Source: Longimicrobiales bacterium (GTDB lineage Bacteria; Gemmatimonadota; Gemmatimonadetes; Longimicrobiales; Gaopeijiaceae). Taken from it: a stretch of DNA of 64,000 nucleotides. Positions 22,436-32,116 of this stretch are shown here, piece after piece; position 1 is the stretch's first letter, and each line of letters opens with the position of its first letter. The notes under the pieces are model-generated. The model was not told where the DNA came from, ran no database searches, and saw nothing but the letters and a program-made list of their open reading frames with translations. The stretch is taken from assembly GCA_965238005.1 (NCBI GenBank), contig OZ250165.1:960001-1024000 (forward strand), written 5' to 3'. The translations under genes were made by a program, and so were the position numbers.

Positions 22436-22601
22436 ATGGATCGACGCCATCTCCTACGCATTCTCGATGTCACCGCGGCCACGGCCGGCCCTTGTCCGGG
22501 CCAGCTCGCCGCGAACCAGAACCCGAGCATCACCTAGTATGATGCTCACCGCACGGGCCGTCGATCATGCCGTCGACCTGATGAACCGCGGAGAGCTGTG
22601 A
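22436..22601 (+). pseudogene. Fused remnants: start of a Tat-exported protein (MDRRHLLRIL) and the C-terminus of a GMC oxidoreductase
   Basis: GGGAG RBS before ATG 22436. The 3' part reads ANQNPSIT(Y)MMLTARAVDHAVDLMNRGEL-stop with small indels, and its TGA overlaps the next ATG. Confidence 0.65.
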
Positions 22602-23446
22602 TGGTGACGCGCCGGGAGGCGTTGCGAAGACTGGGGCTCATGGCCGCGGGCACCGTGGGTATCGGTGAGCTGGCGTGCGGGCAGACGGACGTCGTGACTG
22701 GACCTCTGGGCCCGCTCGGCGTGCAGCTCTACACCCTCCGGCGAGAGATGGCAAAGGGTGTCGACGCGACGCTGGCTAGGGTCGCCGAGATCGGCTACAG
22801 CGAAGTGGAGTTCGCTGGATACTTCGGCCGTAGCCCGGCCGAGATCAGGAGCGGCCTCGCGGCGGCCGGATTGAGCTCGCCCGCGGCTCACGTGGACATC
22901 AACGCCGTGATCGCCGACTGGCCGAACACATTGGACCTCGCGACCACCATCGGTCATCAGTACCTGGTCGTGGCCTTCGTCCCGAACGAGATGCGCGTCA
23001 CCCTCGATCACTGGCGTGCCCTCGCCGACATCTTCAACCGTGCTGCCGATGAGGCTCGGCGCGCCGGGATCCAGTTCGCCTACCACAATCACGACTTCGA
23101 GTTCGCGCCCATCGACGGTCAGATACCCTTCGACCTCCTCTGCGAGCAGACCGATCTGGCGCTGGTGCAGATCGAGCTCGATCTCTTCTGGATCATCCAC
23201 GGAGGCGGCGACCCCATGGCCTTCTTCGAGCGTTGGCCGGGCCGCGTGCCCATGGTGCATGTGAAGGACCGCACCGAGGAGGGGGTCATGACGGAGGTTG
23301 GTGCCGGCGACATCGATTGGCCCACCATCTTCGGTGCCCGGGCCCTGGCTGGGATGCGTCACTACTTCGTCGAACACGATCAACCCGCAGAGGGGTTCGC
23401 GTCGGTAGCGGCCAGCTACGACTTTCTGAGCCGTCTGGGCACTTGA
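22601..23446 (+). CDS. Tat-exported sugar phosphate isomerase/epimerase (xylose-isomerase-like TIM barrel)
   Basis: TRREAL Tat motif; GVQLYTLR, YHNHDFEF, ELDLFW, HVKD and VEHD. Confidence 0.9.
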   Translation: MVTRREALRRLGLMAAGTVGIGELACGQTDVVTGPLGPLGVQLYTLRREMAKGVDATLARVAEIGYSEVEFAGYFGRSPAEIRSGLAAAGLSSPAAHVDINAVIADWPNTLDLATTIGHQYLVVAFVPNEMRVTLDHWRALADIFNRAADEARRAGIQFAYHNHDFEFAPIDGQIPFDLLCEQTDLALVQIELDLFWIIHGGGDPMAFFERWPGRVPMVHVKDRTEEGVMTEVGAGDIDWPTIFGARALAGMRHYFVEHDQPAEGFASVAASYDFLSRLGT

Positions 23447-23517
23447 TGAAGCGGCGAGCCTTCGTGGCGGGGGCCGCGAGCGCCCTCGCGGGACTGGGTG
23501 TGAGGCGGAGGCAGTAG
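23446..23517 (+). pseudogene. Orphan twin-arginine signal peptide (truncated gene)
   Basis: MKRRAFVAGAASALAGLGVRRRQ-stop, coupled to the upstream gene by TGATG. Confidence 0.6.
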
Positions 23518-23521
23518 TGCC

Positions 23522-24052
23522 ATGATCACCATATCAGACTACAACCCAGCCTGGCCGGCCGGATTCGATGAGGTCAGGGCTTGCCTTCTCGAAGAGCTGC
23601 CCGAAGAGAGCGGCGTCGTGGAGGTGGAGCATGTGGGAAGCACCGCCGTTCCGGAGCTGGCAGCGAAGCCGATCATCGACATCCATGTGGTGATCGCAGA
23701 GGACTCTCACCTGGGTCGGACGATCATGCAGCTCGCCCACCTGGGCTACATCTACGAGGGAGACCGTGGGGTCATGGGCCAGGAGGCGTTTCGTCGGAGG
23801 GGACCCGATGTCCCGCTGCGCAATCCCAAGAGGGACTGGGCGCCCCATCATCTCTACGTGTCAGTAGAGGGAGGCCGAGAGCTGGATCGGCACCTCGCCC
23901 TGCGAGATCACCTTCGCGAGGACGAGGCGGACCGGGAGGCTTATGCGGCCCTCAAGCGTGATCTCGCCGCCCGAGAGGATGTGGACTTGGAGGCATACAC
24001 GGCGGGCAAGACGGAATTCATCGAAGCGATCCTGGCCAAGGCCGGCCGATGA
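23522..24052 (+). CDS. GrpB/UPF0157 family nucleotidyltransferase-fold protein
   Basis: YNPAWP, EHVGSTAVPELAAKPIIDI, RDHLR and YTAGK. Confidence 0.92.
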   Translation: MITISDYNPAWPAGFDEVRACLLEELPEESGVVEVEHVGSTAVPELAAKPIIDIHVVIAEDSHLGRTIMQLAHLGYIYEGDRGVMGQEAFRRRGPDVPLRNPKRDWAPHHLYVSVEGGRELDRHLALRDHLREDEADREAYAALKRDLAAREDVDLEAYTAGKTEFIEAILAKAGR

Positions 24053-24080
24053 GACCCCAGCGCCGGTCCGCGTCAGGCTC

Positions 24081-24773
24081 CTAGAGAATCTCCTGGAGCT
24101 CGACCTCGAAGATCAGCGTGGAGTTCGGCCCGATGATGCTTCCGGTGGCCTGCTGCCCATACCCGATATCGGCAGGGATGAAGAGTCGGTAGTGGCTGCC
24201 CACGGGCATCAGCTGGAGACCCTCGCCAAATCCGGGGATCACCCCGTTGACGCCGAACTCGGTAGCGTCGCCACGCTCGTACGAGCTGTCGAACTCGGTT
24301 CCGTCGATGAGCGTGCCGCGGTAGTGTACTTTCACCCGCGAGTCGGCATCGGGCCGCGGGCCGTCCCCTTGGGTCAGGATCTCGTACTGTAGCCCACTGT
24401 CCGTGGTAATGATCCCTTCCTTGGTGGCGTTCTCGGTGAGGAAGGCTTCCCCCTCGGCGAGATTCTTGTCCAGGAGCTCCTGCTGAGCCGTGATCTGGGT
24501 CTGCTGAACCTGCTGACCCACGCGCCGCCTCGCCACCTGGAGCGAATCGGCGGGGAGGGCCAGCTCACGCTCGGCCAGGGCGTCTTCGATGCCTCGCATC
24601 AACGCATCGAGATCGAAGTAGTCCTGCGTCGGACGGAAGTTCGTGCCGATCTCAATACCGATGGCGTAGCTCGCCTTCTGAACGTCTGTATCCAGAGAAG
24701 CCGCCCCGCCGGCCTGGCAGCCGGCTGTGATGATCGAGGCGAGAGCCGCCACCGACTGTAACCGAAATCGCAT
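24081..24773 (-). CDS. fkpA: FKBP-type peptidyl-prolyl isomerase (FkpA/Mip-like) lipoprotein
   Basis: SYAIG, SGLQY, HYRGTLIDGTEFDSS, VIPGF and PNSTLIFEVEL; lipobox TAGC. Confidence 0.93.
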   Translation of the reverse strand: MRFRLQSVAALASIITAGCQAGGAASLDTDVQKASYAIGIEIGTNFRPTQDYFDLDALMRGIEDALAERELALPADSLQVARRRVGQQVQQTQITAQQELLDKNLAEGEAFLTENATKEGIITTDSGLQYEILTQGDGPRPDADSRVKVHYRGTLIDGTEFDSSYERGDATEFGVNGVIPGFGEGLQLMPVGSHYRLFIPADIGYGQQATGSIIGPNSTLIFEVELQEIL

Positions 24774-24951
24774 GAGCATTCCTTTTTGAGGGAGCACAAA
24801 TCTATCGCAGATGCCACACCGGGCGCCAACGGTTTCGACGCAGGACAAAGGGGTCACGCGGGAGACCCGTAGACGAGGCCGCCGCGCCTGGAGTTCATGG
24901 CACGCCAACGGTTGGATGCCCCAGGGGGCTAGTCCGGGCCGATGGCTGCCC

Positions 24952-24998
24952 CTGCCTTCCGGAGGTAGGGGTCACGGGTTCGGGTTCGGTCGGGCGTA
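24952..24998 (+). pseudogene. Degenerate 3' portion of a tRNA-Arg(CCG), possibly an att remnant
   Basis: CTGCC-TTCCGGA-GGTAG anticodon arm, GGGTC variable loop, degenerate T arm ACGGG-TTCGGGT-TCGGT and CGGGCGT-A, all with tRNA spacing. No matching 5' half. Confidence 0.45.
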
Positions 24999-25010
24999 CT
25001 GAGAAAGACT

Positions 25011-25050
25011 AAGCGCCGCAAGACTTTTCGGCCCTGCGGCGCTTTCTCGT
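25011..25050 (+). terminator. GC-rich hairpin, probable intrinsic terminator
   Basis: AAGCGCCGCA (25011-25020) pairs with TGCGGCGCTT (25035-25044), followed by a T-rich tail. Confidence 0.55.
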
Positions 25051-25215
25051 TTCCGGGACTGTGTCCCAACTGTGTCTCGTCAGGCGCTGTTTTCGACCAC
25101 TCGAAGGACTGTGGCGGCGTCGGACTGGACGTAGCTGTCGAGCATGGCTCGAGGAGGGTGTGCTCGACTGGATATCTTGCAGGCGTTCGGGGTTCACCGC
25201 GAGGACTGCGCCGGT

Positions 25216-27312
25216 GTGTCCGATCCAGTTATCCGCCTGAACGCAGCCCTTGAAGGCCGCTACACCATCGAGTGTGAGCTGGGCGAGGGTGGCATGGCCA
25301 CGGTCTACCTGACCGAGGACCTGAAGCACCACCGCAAGGTCGCCCTTAAAGTCTTGAAGCCCGAGCTGGCTGCCGTCGTCGGTGCAGAGCGGTTCCTCGC
25401 CGAGATCAAGGTCACGGCCAACCTGAACCACCCGCACATCCTGCCTCTCCACGACTCGGGCGAGGCGGACGGGTTCGTGTTCTACGTCATGCCCTATCTG
25501 GAAGGCGAGAGCCTTCGAGACCGGATCGACCGCGAGAAGCAGCTCCCAGTGGACGAGGCCGTTCGGATCGCTACCGCCGTTGCCAACGCATTGGACCACG
25601 CCCACCGCCACAAGGTCATCCACCGCGACATCAAGCCCGGCAACATCTTGCTCCAAGACGGTGAGCCGGTGGTGGCCGACTTCGGGATCGCGTTAGCTGT
25701 CGGAGCAGGAGGAGGCGACCGACTCACCGAGACCGGACTCAGCATGGGGACGCCCTGACTACATGAGTCCGGAACAGGCGACGGGCGATCAGCCGGTGGG
25801 TGCTTCGACGGCCACCTATGCGCTGGGGTCCGTGCTGTACGAGATGCTGGTGGGTGCGCCTCCTTATCCGGGGACGACGACACAAGCCGTGTTGGGCAAG
25901 ATCATCGCGGGCAAGGAAGCTGTCCCAACCGTAGTTGAAGGTTCCTGATAGGGGAGAAAGAAAAGTGGTGGCTCCGGGGGTCCCGGGCCGATAGGCTCGG
26001 GTAGGCAAAAACCCCAACACGGAGCCACCACGATGAAGAGAACGTACGAGGTAAGGGATCGGGCGGACAAGCGCGCGATCAGGGAGTTCCTGAAGCGGGA
26101 GGGGCAGTTTCTGCTTCCGATGCTTGAGCTCGTGGAGCAGACGGAGGTCGCGATCGACGAAGTCATCCAGGTGATGGGACGAGCGACGATCGAAGCGGTG
26201 CTGGAGATGAGCGCCGAGGGTGTGGCAGGCGTGAAGCAGGCAGGTCGGTCACGAGCGGAAGACGACACGGTGTGGTATGGCCGGCAGGGTGGTGTGGTTT
26301 ACCTGTCGGACCGGAAGGTGCGTGTGGAGCGGCCACGGCTCAGGCGCCGGGGCGCCGGGGAGGGTGGCGAGGTCGAGGTGCCGGCGTACGCAGCGATGCG
26401 GAGACCGGGCGCCGTGGCGGATCGGATGCTCGAGGTCCTGATGGCGGGGGTGAGCACGCGGAAGTACGGCCGTGTGATCGGTGAGATGGCCGACACGGTC
26501 GGGGTGAGCAAGTCGGCGGTGAGCCGTGAGACGGTCGAGGCCTCGGAGCGCGTGCTGAAGGAGCTGATGGAGCGCCGGCTGGATGCGTGGGACCTCCTGG
26601 TGATCTACCTGGACGGGATCCAGATGGGCTCGCACCACGTGCTTGCTGCGGTAGGCGTGGACTCAGACGGAAAGAAGCACGTGCTGGGCGTGAGGGAAGG
26701 AGCGAGTGAGAACGCCGAGGTGACCAGCGCGCTCCTAGAGGATCTGGTCGAGCGCGGCCTGGACCCGGGCAGGCGGCGGCTGTTCGTGATCGATGGCTCG
26801 AGCGCGACCACCCCTCGGCCTCGGCCAGCCTACGCGAAGGCCTCAGCGAGATGTTCACGATCAACCGGCTCGGCCTCCCGCCGCGGCTGAGGAAGTGCCT
26901 GGGCTCGACCAACCTGATCGACAGCACCCACTCGGGCGTAAGACAGAAGACCCGCAGGGTGACCAACTGGAAGAACGGAGCGATGGCCTTGCGCTGGGCT
27001 GCGGCCTCGTTCGTGGAGACCGAGAAGAGCTACCGGAGGATCATCGGCTACGACCAGCTCTGGATGCTCAGGGCCCACCTCGACGACCATGAACCGGTTG
27101 CCGAAATGAGAAAGGCAGGCTAACAAGGAGACTCTCCGGAGCCACCACCTTCAACTGTCAGCGGGACACCATCCGGGCAAGCCCGTGTCGGCCACAGATG
27201 AGCGTCCGTCGATTCCGGCCAACGTTGACGCTGCGGTTCGGAAGGCACTGGAGAAGCTCCCGGCGGATCGGTTCACGTCGGCCCAGGACTTCGCGAAGGC
27301 GCTGGGGGATGA
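25216..27312 (+). pseudogene. Hanks-type Ser/Thr protein kinase; frameshift at about 25756, interrupted by IS256, truncated at the 3' end
   Basis: GEGGMATVY, VALK, HRDIKPGN, DFG and GTP-(extra base)-DYMSPEQ. After the IS it resumes as GKPVSATDERPSIPANVDAAVRKALEKLPADRF. Confidence 0.92.
25916..27173 (+). mobile_element. IS256-family element with an internally deleted transposase
   Basis: IRs GAAGCTGTCCC..AGTTGAAGG and CCTTCAACT..GGGACACCATC; 8-bp TSD CGGGCAAG at 25908-25915 and 27174-27181; motifs GVSTR, IYLDG, VIDGS and STNLID. Confidence 0.93.
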
Positions 27313-27485
27313 AATTGGCTCTTGTCGGCCTGCGCCTTGGCTCGGGTGTTCCAATGTTCCATCGTATTTTCACTCATGGCGTTACCTCCTTGGGGCTGGC
27401 ACCCTCGGGGGTGCGTGAGTGAGGCTATTCTGACCGGGTCCCCTGACAAGTTTGGTGAGGCACCAACTTCCCTGAGCAGTGCTCC

Positions 27486-28736
27486 TTATTTGTGTGTGAA
27501 ACGCCAGACTCCATCCCAGTCATGGGATGGGGGGTTCTGCTTCATATAGTCCACTCTTTCGAGAAAGACCTGAGAAGGGTTGTCCTCCGGATCCAACTCC
27601 AGGCAAGACCCGAATTGTCGGGCTGATGCCTCCCAGTCACGCGCGCGATAGGCCTTCATTCCCTGCCCGAAGTGGTCTCTTAGCTCCTGCTGTCGCTCTT
27701 CGAGTTCTCCCCTTCTTGCTAACAGTTCAAACACCCGCACCGGCTCAGATTTACCCACCACCTGGATGAGGTCAATTTCACGGGTCTCCACGTCCTGACT
27801 GGCCATTTGTTGAGTGGTCTCGTTGATCAGAAAGCGGGTTCCATAATGCTTGTTGGCACCCTCGAGACGTGAGGCCAGATTCACGGTGTCTCCCATGACG
27901 GTATAGCTCTTGGACAACTCTGAACCGATGTTGCCCACGACCACTTCGCCAGTGGCGATTCCAATCCGAAAATCAATATCCGGCAACCCTTTTCGGATTC
28001 CCATCAAGTCAGGTAGTCGGCGGCGAAACTCCTCCAGTTGTCGCCGTTGGTCCAGAGCCGCAAGACAGGCTAGACCGGCATGCTCTTCTTCTTCAGTGAA
28101 GGGAGGCCCCCAAAAGGCCATGACGGAATCACCGATGAATTTGTCGATGATGCCCTTGTTCTGCTGAATCGGGATGGCCTGGTGGGTAAAGTATTCGTTA
28201 ATCAATCTCACCAGAGCGTCTGGCATCAGGGATTCTCCGATCGATGTGAATCCCGCGATGTCGGAGAAGAACATGGTCATGATCCGCTTTTCGCCTACGG
28301 TATCAATAACACCTTCGGGTGAGTCGATCAGGGTCATGACCACCCTGGGATCCAGGTACTTCCCAAACGTATCCTTGATTTTCTCCTTGAGGCGCAATTC
28401 TCTCACCATATGGTTAAAAGAATTGGCAAGGGTCCCGATCTCGTCCCGAGTTGTGATCTGTACTTGAGCATTCAGCTGGCCCTGCTCGACCTTCCGCGTT
28501 GCGGACACCAATTCCTTAAGCGGTTTGATGAGTCCAGCCGTCACGATTCCGGCCAAACCGAGCCCCAGTAGGGCCGTTAAGGAGGAGAGCATGAGACTCA
28601 GAGAGCCGACCCTCCCCTCGTCGTCTCGAGCACGACGAGCGGCGTTGAGTGTGAACTGGTGAAGTTCCTCACGGATTCGGCCGATCTGACGGTCGTACTC
28701 CTCTTCCTCACGAACACTTAGTGACGAGAGACTGGA
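27486..28736 (-). pseudogene. HAMP plus class III adenylate/guanylate cyclase with TPR-like tail; 5' (sensor) part missing
   Basis: DEIGTLANSFNHM, FSDIAGFT, DKFIGDSVM and GDTVNLASRLE. The frame is open about 48 codons upstream of ATG 28592 with no start codon, then ends near the IS. Lower GC than the flanks. Confidence 0.8.
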
Positions 28737-28786
28737 AGTTCACTGTCACCCTGTTGCAGGGCTTCGAGCAGTTGCAAGCTTAGGTC

Positions 28787-30131
28787 TGGAGTTGACCCGC
28801 TTTGGTGGACACCTCAGTAGTGAGGGAGACAGGAGGAGTCCACGATGCCAAGAACACATGCGCCGTACCCGCCGGAGTTTCGGCGGCAGATGGTCGAGTT
28901 GGTCAGGTCGGGCCGCTCCGTGGAGGAGCTGGCCCGGGAGTTCGAGCCCTCAAACGGGGCGATACGGAACTGGGTCAAACAAGCTGACTTGGATGAAGGC
29001 CGTCGCAGTGACGGGCTGACGACGGAGGAGCGTGGGGAACTCAGGCAGCTTCGGCGTGACAACAAGCGTCTGCGCATGGAGCAGGAGATTCTAAAAAAAG
29101 CCGCCGCCTGGTTTGCTCGGGAGAGCAACTCGATCCCGGAACGGGGTTCGAGTTCATGAAGACGAATCAGGCCGACTTCCCTGTGCGGGCGATGTGCCGT
29201 GTGCTGGATCTCTCCCCCAGCGGCTACTACGCCTGGTTGGATCGCGAGCCTTCGGCTCGGGCGAAGCGAGATGAGGAGCTCACAGAGCGGATCGAGACGG
29301 TCTGGCGCGAGAACCGAAGGGTCTATGGCCGGCCCCGCATCTACGCGGACCTCAAGGAAGCTGGCGAGCGGGTCGGTGAGAAGCGGGTGGGCCGGCTCAT
29401 GAAGCAGGCCGAGATTGTGGGAGCTAGCCGGAGGCGGCGCGGCCCGAAGACGACCAGGCGCAACGAGGACGCCCGTCCCGCGCCGGATCTCATCGAGCGG
29501 GACTTCAGCGCAGACGGGCCAGACCAGTTGTGGGTGGCCGACATCACCTACATCCCGACCTGGGCGGGGTTCTTGTACCTCGCGGTTGTGCTCGACGTCT
29601 GGAGCAGGCGGGTGGTCGGGTGGTCGATGGCTACGCACCTGCGCACCGAGCTCGTCCTGGACGCGCTGAACATGGCGACCTGGCAGCGCCGGCCCGAATG
29701 CGTCATCCATCACAGTGGTCAGGGAACCCAGTACACCTCGATCGCCTTCGGCCTACGCTGCAACGATGTCGGTGTGCGGCCCTCGATGGGCTCCGTGGGC
29801 GACGCCTACGACAACGCGATGTGCGAGAGCTTCTTCGCGACGCTCGAGTGCGAGCTACTCGACCGGCAGCGCTTCCGGACCCAGGCCGAGGCGAAGATGG
29901 CCGTGTTCGACTTCATCGAGGGCTTCTACAACCCCCGGAGGCGACACTCGGCACTGGGTCAGCTGTCGCCCATCAACTTCGAGCGTCGCCACGGAGCGGC
30001 AGCATGAGAAACCTGCGTGGCCAAGTTGCCCTTTACTCCCCCGCTGCGCGGGGGAAGCTTTCCTCTCCCCAGCGAGGGGGACAGACTATAAACCTCAGTG
30101 TTCACCCGTCCACTGAAACGGGACAGCTCCA
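28787..30131 (+). mobile_element. IS3-family element, type 2, copy A (orfA 28845-29159, orfB 29156-30007)
   Basis: TG...CA IRs TGGAGTTGACCCGCTTTGGTGGACA and GTCCACTGAAACGGGACAGCTCCA; A7G slippery site at 29093-29100; WVADITY and ESFFATLECE; no TSD. Confidence 0.95.
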
Positions 30132-30224
30132 CAAATATCAGGGATTTCCCCACTGGCGCGACTTGAGCGCAAAAGTGCATCTTAGGCGGATGCCAGCCCG
30201 TTGGCACGCTGGAGGAGAGTCGTC

Positions 30225-31958
30225 ATGCGCCTAGCTCAGTCCCGCTTCGTCCTCATCCTCATTTGCTCGGGGTGTGTCAAGGCGACAGTCGCGTCTCAGT
30301 TTAGCTCTCCTGAGCCGATTCCGATCTACTCCCGTGTGATGGTGTGGGCCTCCTCCGCCAATGATCTCGGATCACAGCGTTCGCTGGAGAGCCAGATAGC
30401 CGCCAGTCTCAGAGAGAGCCTTGCAGCTGATCGTGGCACGTTGGGGAAATGCGAGACCAGAGATCGGGGATCTCTCAACCCCTCAGTTCAGAGTCGAATT
30501 TGCCAGGAGGGAAATCGGGAGAACTATGACCTGCCCACGCTGGTTCAGGCCAACTCGGTTGTCTTCCGTGGAAAGCAGTATGAGCCGAAGGAGCTTGCTG
30601 CTTTACTGCAGAGCCGCCGCATCGAAGCCGTGCTCTACTTCTCGCTGGCCGGTCAGTTCTCGCTGGACGGTCAGCAGCGCAGCACTCGTCGCGCATATGT
30701 GGCACGATTGTTCGACGTGAGAACAGCAGAATTCAGATGGTATGCCGAGTTCGATCTTGAGGGGGGTTTTGGATCACCGACTACCCAGCAGAAGCAGTTT
30801 CTGAAGAAGTTCACAGACGAGTTGAGCAAGCGCGCCGTGGAAGATGGTGCGGTTCAGCTTGTGCCGAAGGATTACTCACCGAGTTACACAGCAGAGGAAG
30901 ATGTGCTCTTGCCGTCTGTCTCAGCCGCGACCTCCGCCTCTCTTGAGCCAATGCGCATCAACCGCACCGAACTCAACCCCAGTGCAGACGAGAATCCAAT
31001 CTCGAAGGCCAGAGCAGGAGTGATCGGTATACGTGGCAGATCGGGCTCAGGCTCCGGAATTGTAATCTCTTCGAGGGGATTGGCGCTCACCAACTTCCAT
31101 GTCATCGAGGGGGAGTTAGAGGGACAGGTTGAGGCTGTTCTGCCAGATGGTGGCTCGTTCCCGGTGACTGTCATGCGGTACGACGAAGCTGCAGATATCG
31201 CGTTAGTCCGCATCTCTTGCCCTTCAGATTGCACCACGGTTGATCTCAGCGCAGAAGATCCTGAGATCGGCTCCGAGGTCTATGTGATTGGCACTCCCGT
31301 TTCGGCTGCACTCAGTCAAAGTGTAACGCGAGGAATCGTGAGCGGCATAAGAGAGGCAGGAGAACTCACCTACCTCCAGACTGACGCCGCCGCAAACCCT
31401 GGCAACTCTGGTGGTCCGATTGTCGATGCTACCACGGGTATGGTCATCGGCGTCCTCACGCTGAAAATTGTCGCCGAAAACATCGAGGGGATTTCCTTTG
31501 GGCTGTCGATTCATGACGCCCTGGAGCGACTCAAGATCGAATATCCGAGTCTAACCAGTGAGCCTCCATCAGTCACAAGCGCACCAGTGGCCAACCTGGA
31601 CGGCGCTTGGCAGTTCAGTGAGATCCTGAAGAGCGACACTCATGAGATTGGATGCAATACCTCGGGCAGCGTGACACTCACTCAGGCGGGTGCGTCGTTC
31701 AGTGGAACGACCCAGGTCCAGAGTACATGCTTCGGTCCAGAAGGCTCCTTTGACAACTCAGGTGAGCGGGCTATCACTGGTGGCCAGATCAATGGCGACA
31801 CGGTGACTTTCCAGATTCCGTTTTGCTCTTATCGGGGGAGAATCATCGGTTCACCTGCTGTGCGGATCACCGGAACTGGAACCTGCACTGTTCAGATGGC
31901 TGGACAACCCGTGGAGTTCCAAGCTGAGTGGCAGGCGGGAAAGCAGATCGGCGGCTGA
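30225..31958 (+). CDS. Trypsin-like (HtrA/S1C-type) serine protease lipoprotein with extra N- and C-terminal domains and no PDZ
   Basis: LTNFHV, DIALV and NPGNSGGP triad; GGAGGA RBS before ATG 30225; lipobox-like CSGC; lower GC. Confidence 0.85.
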   Translation: MRLAQSRFVLILICSGCVKATVASQFSSPEPIPIYSRVMVWASSANDLGSQRSLESQIAASLRESLAADRGTLGKCETRDRGSLNPSVQSRICQEGNRENYDLPTLVQANSVVFRGKQYEPKELAALLQSRRIEAVLYFSLAGQFSLDGQQRSTRRAYVARLFDVRTAEFRWYAEFDLEGGFGSPTTQQKQFLKKFTDELSKRAVEDGAVQLVPKDYSPSYTAEEDVLLPSVSAATSASLEPMRINRTELNPSADENPISKARAGVIGIRGRSGSGSGIVISSRGLALTNFHVIEGELEGQVEAVLPDGGSFPVTVMRYDEAADIALVRISCPSDCTTVDLSAEDPEIGSEVYVIGTPVSAALSQSVTRGIVSGIREAGELTYLQTDAAANPGNSGGPIVDATTGMVIGVLTLKIVAENIEGISFGLSIHDALERLKIEYPSLTSEPPSVTSAPVANLDGAWQFSEILKSDTHEIGCNTSGSVTLTQAGASFSGTTQVQSTCFGPEGSFDNSGERAITGGQINGDTVTFQIPFCSYRGRIIGSPAVRITGTGTCTVQMAGQPVEFQAEWQAGKQIGG

Positions 31959-32116
31959 TCCTCGGCATTCCTCTCGGACTCATTTCGCTTGATCAGCAAG
32001 CCCCACCACTCAACCAATAACACCTCTCTGATTCAACTCCTTGCAGATCACCATGATCCTCGCCCAGCTTCTGGACACCCTGGACGGCGCGGACACCGGA
32101 TTTCGGGATTCTATCT

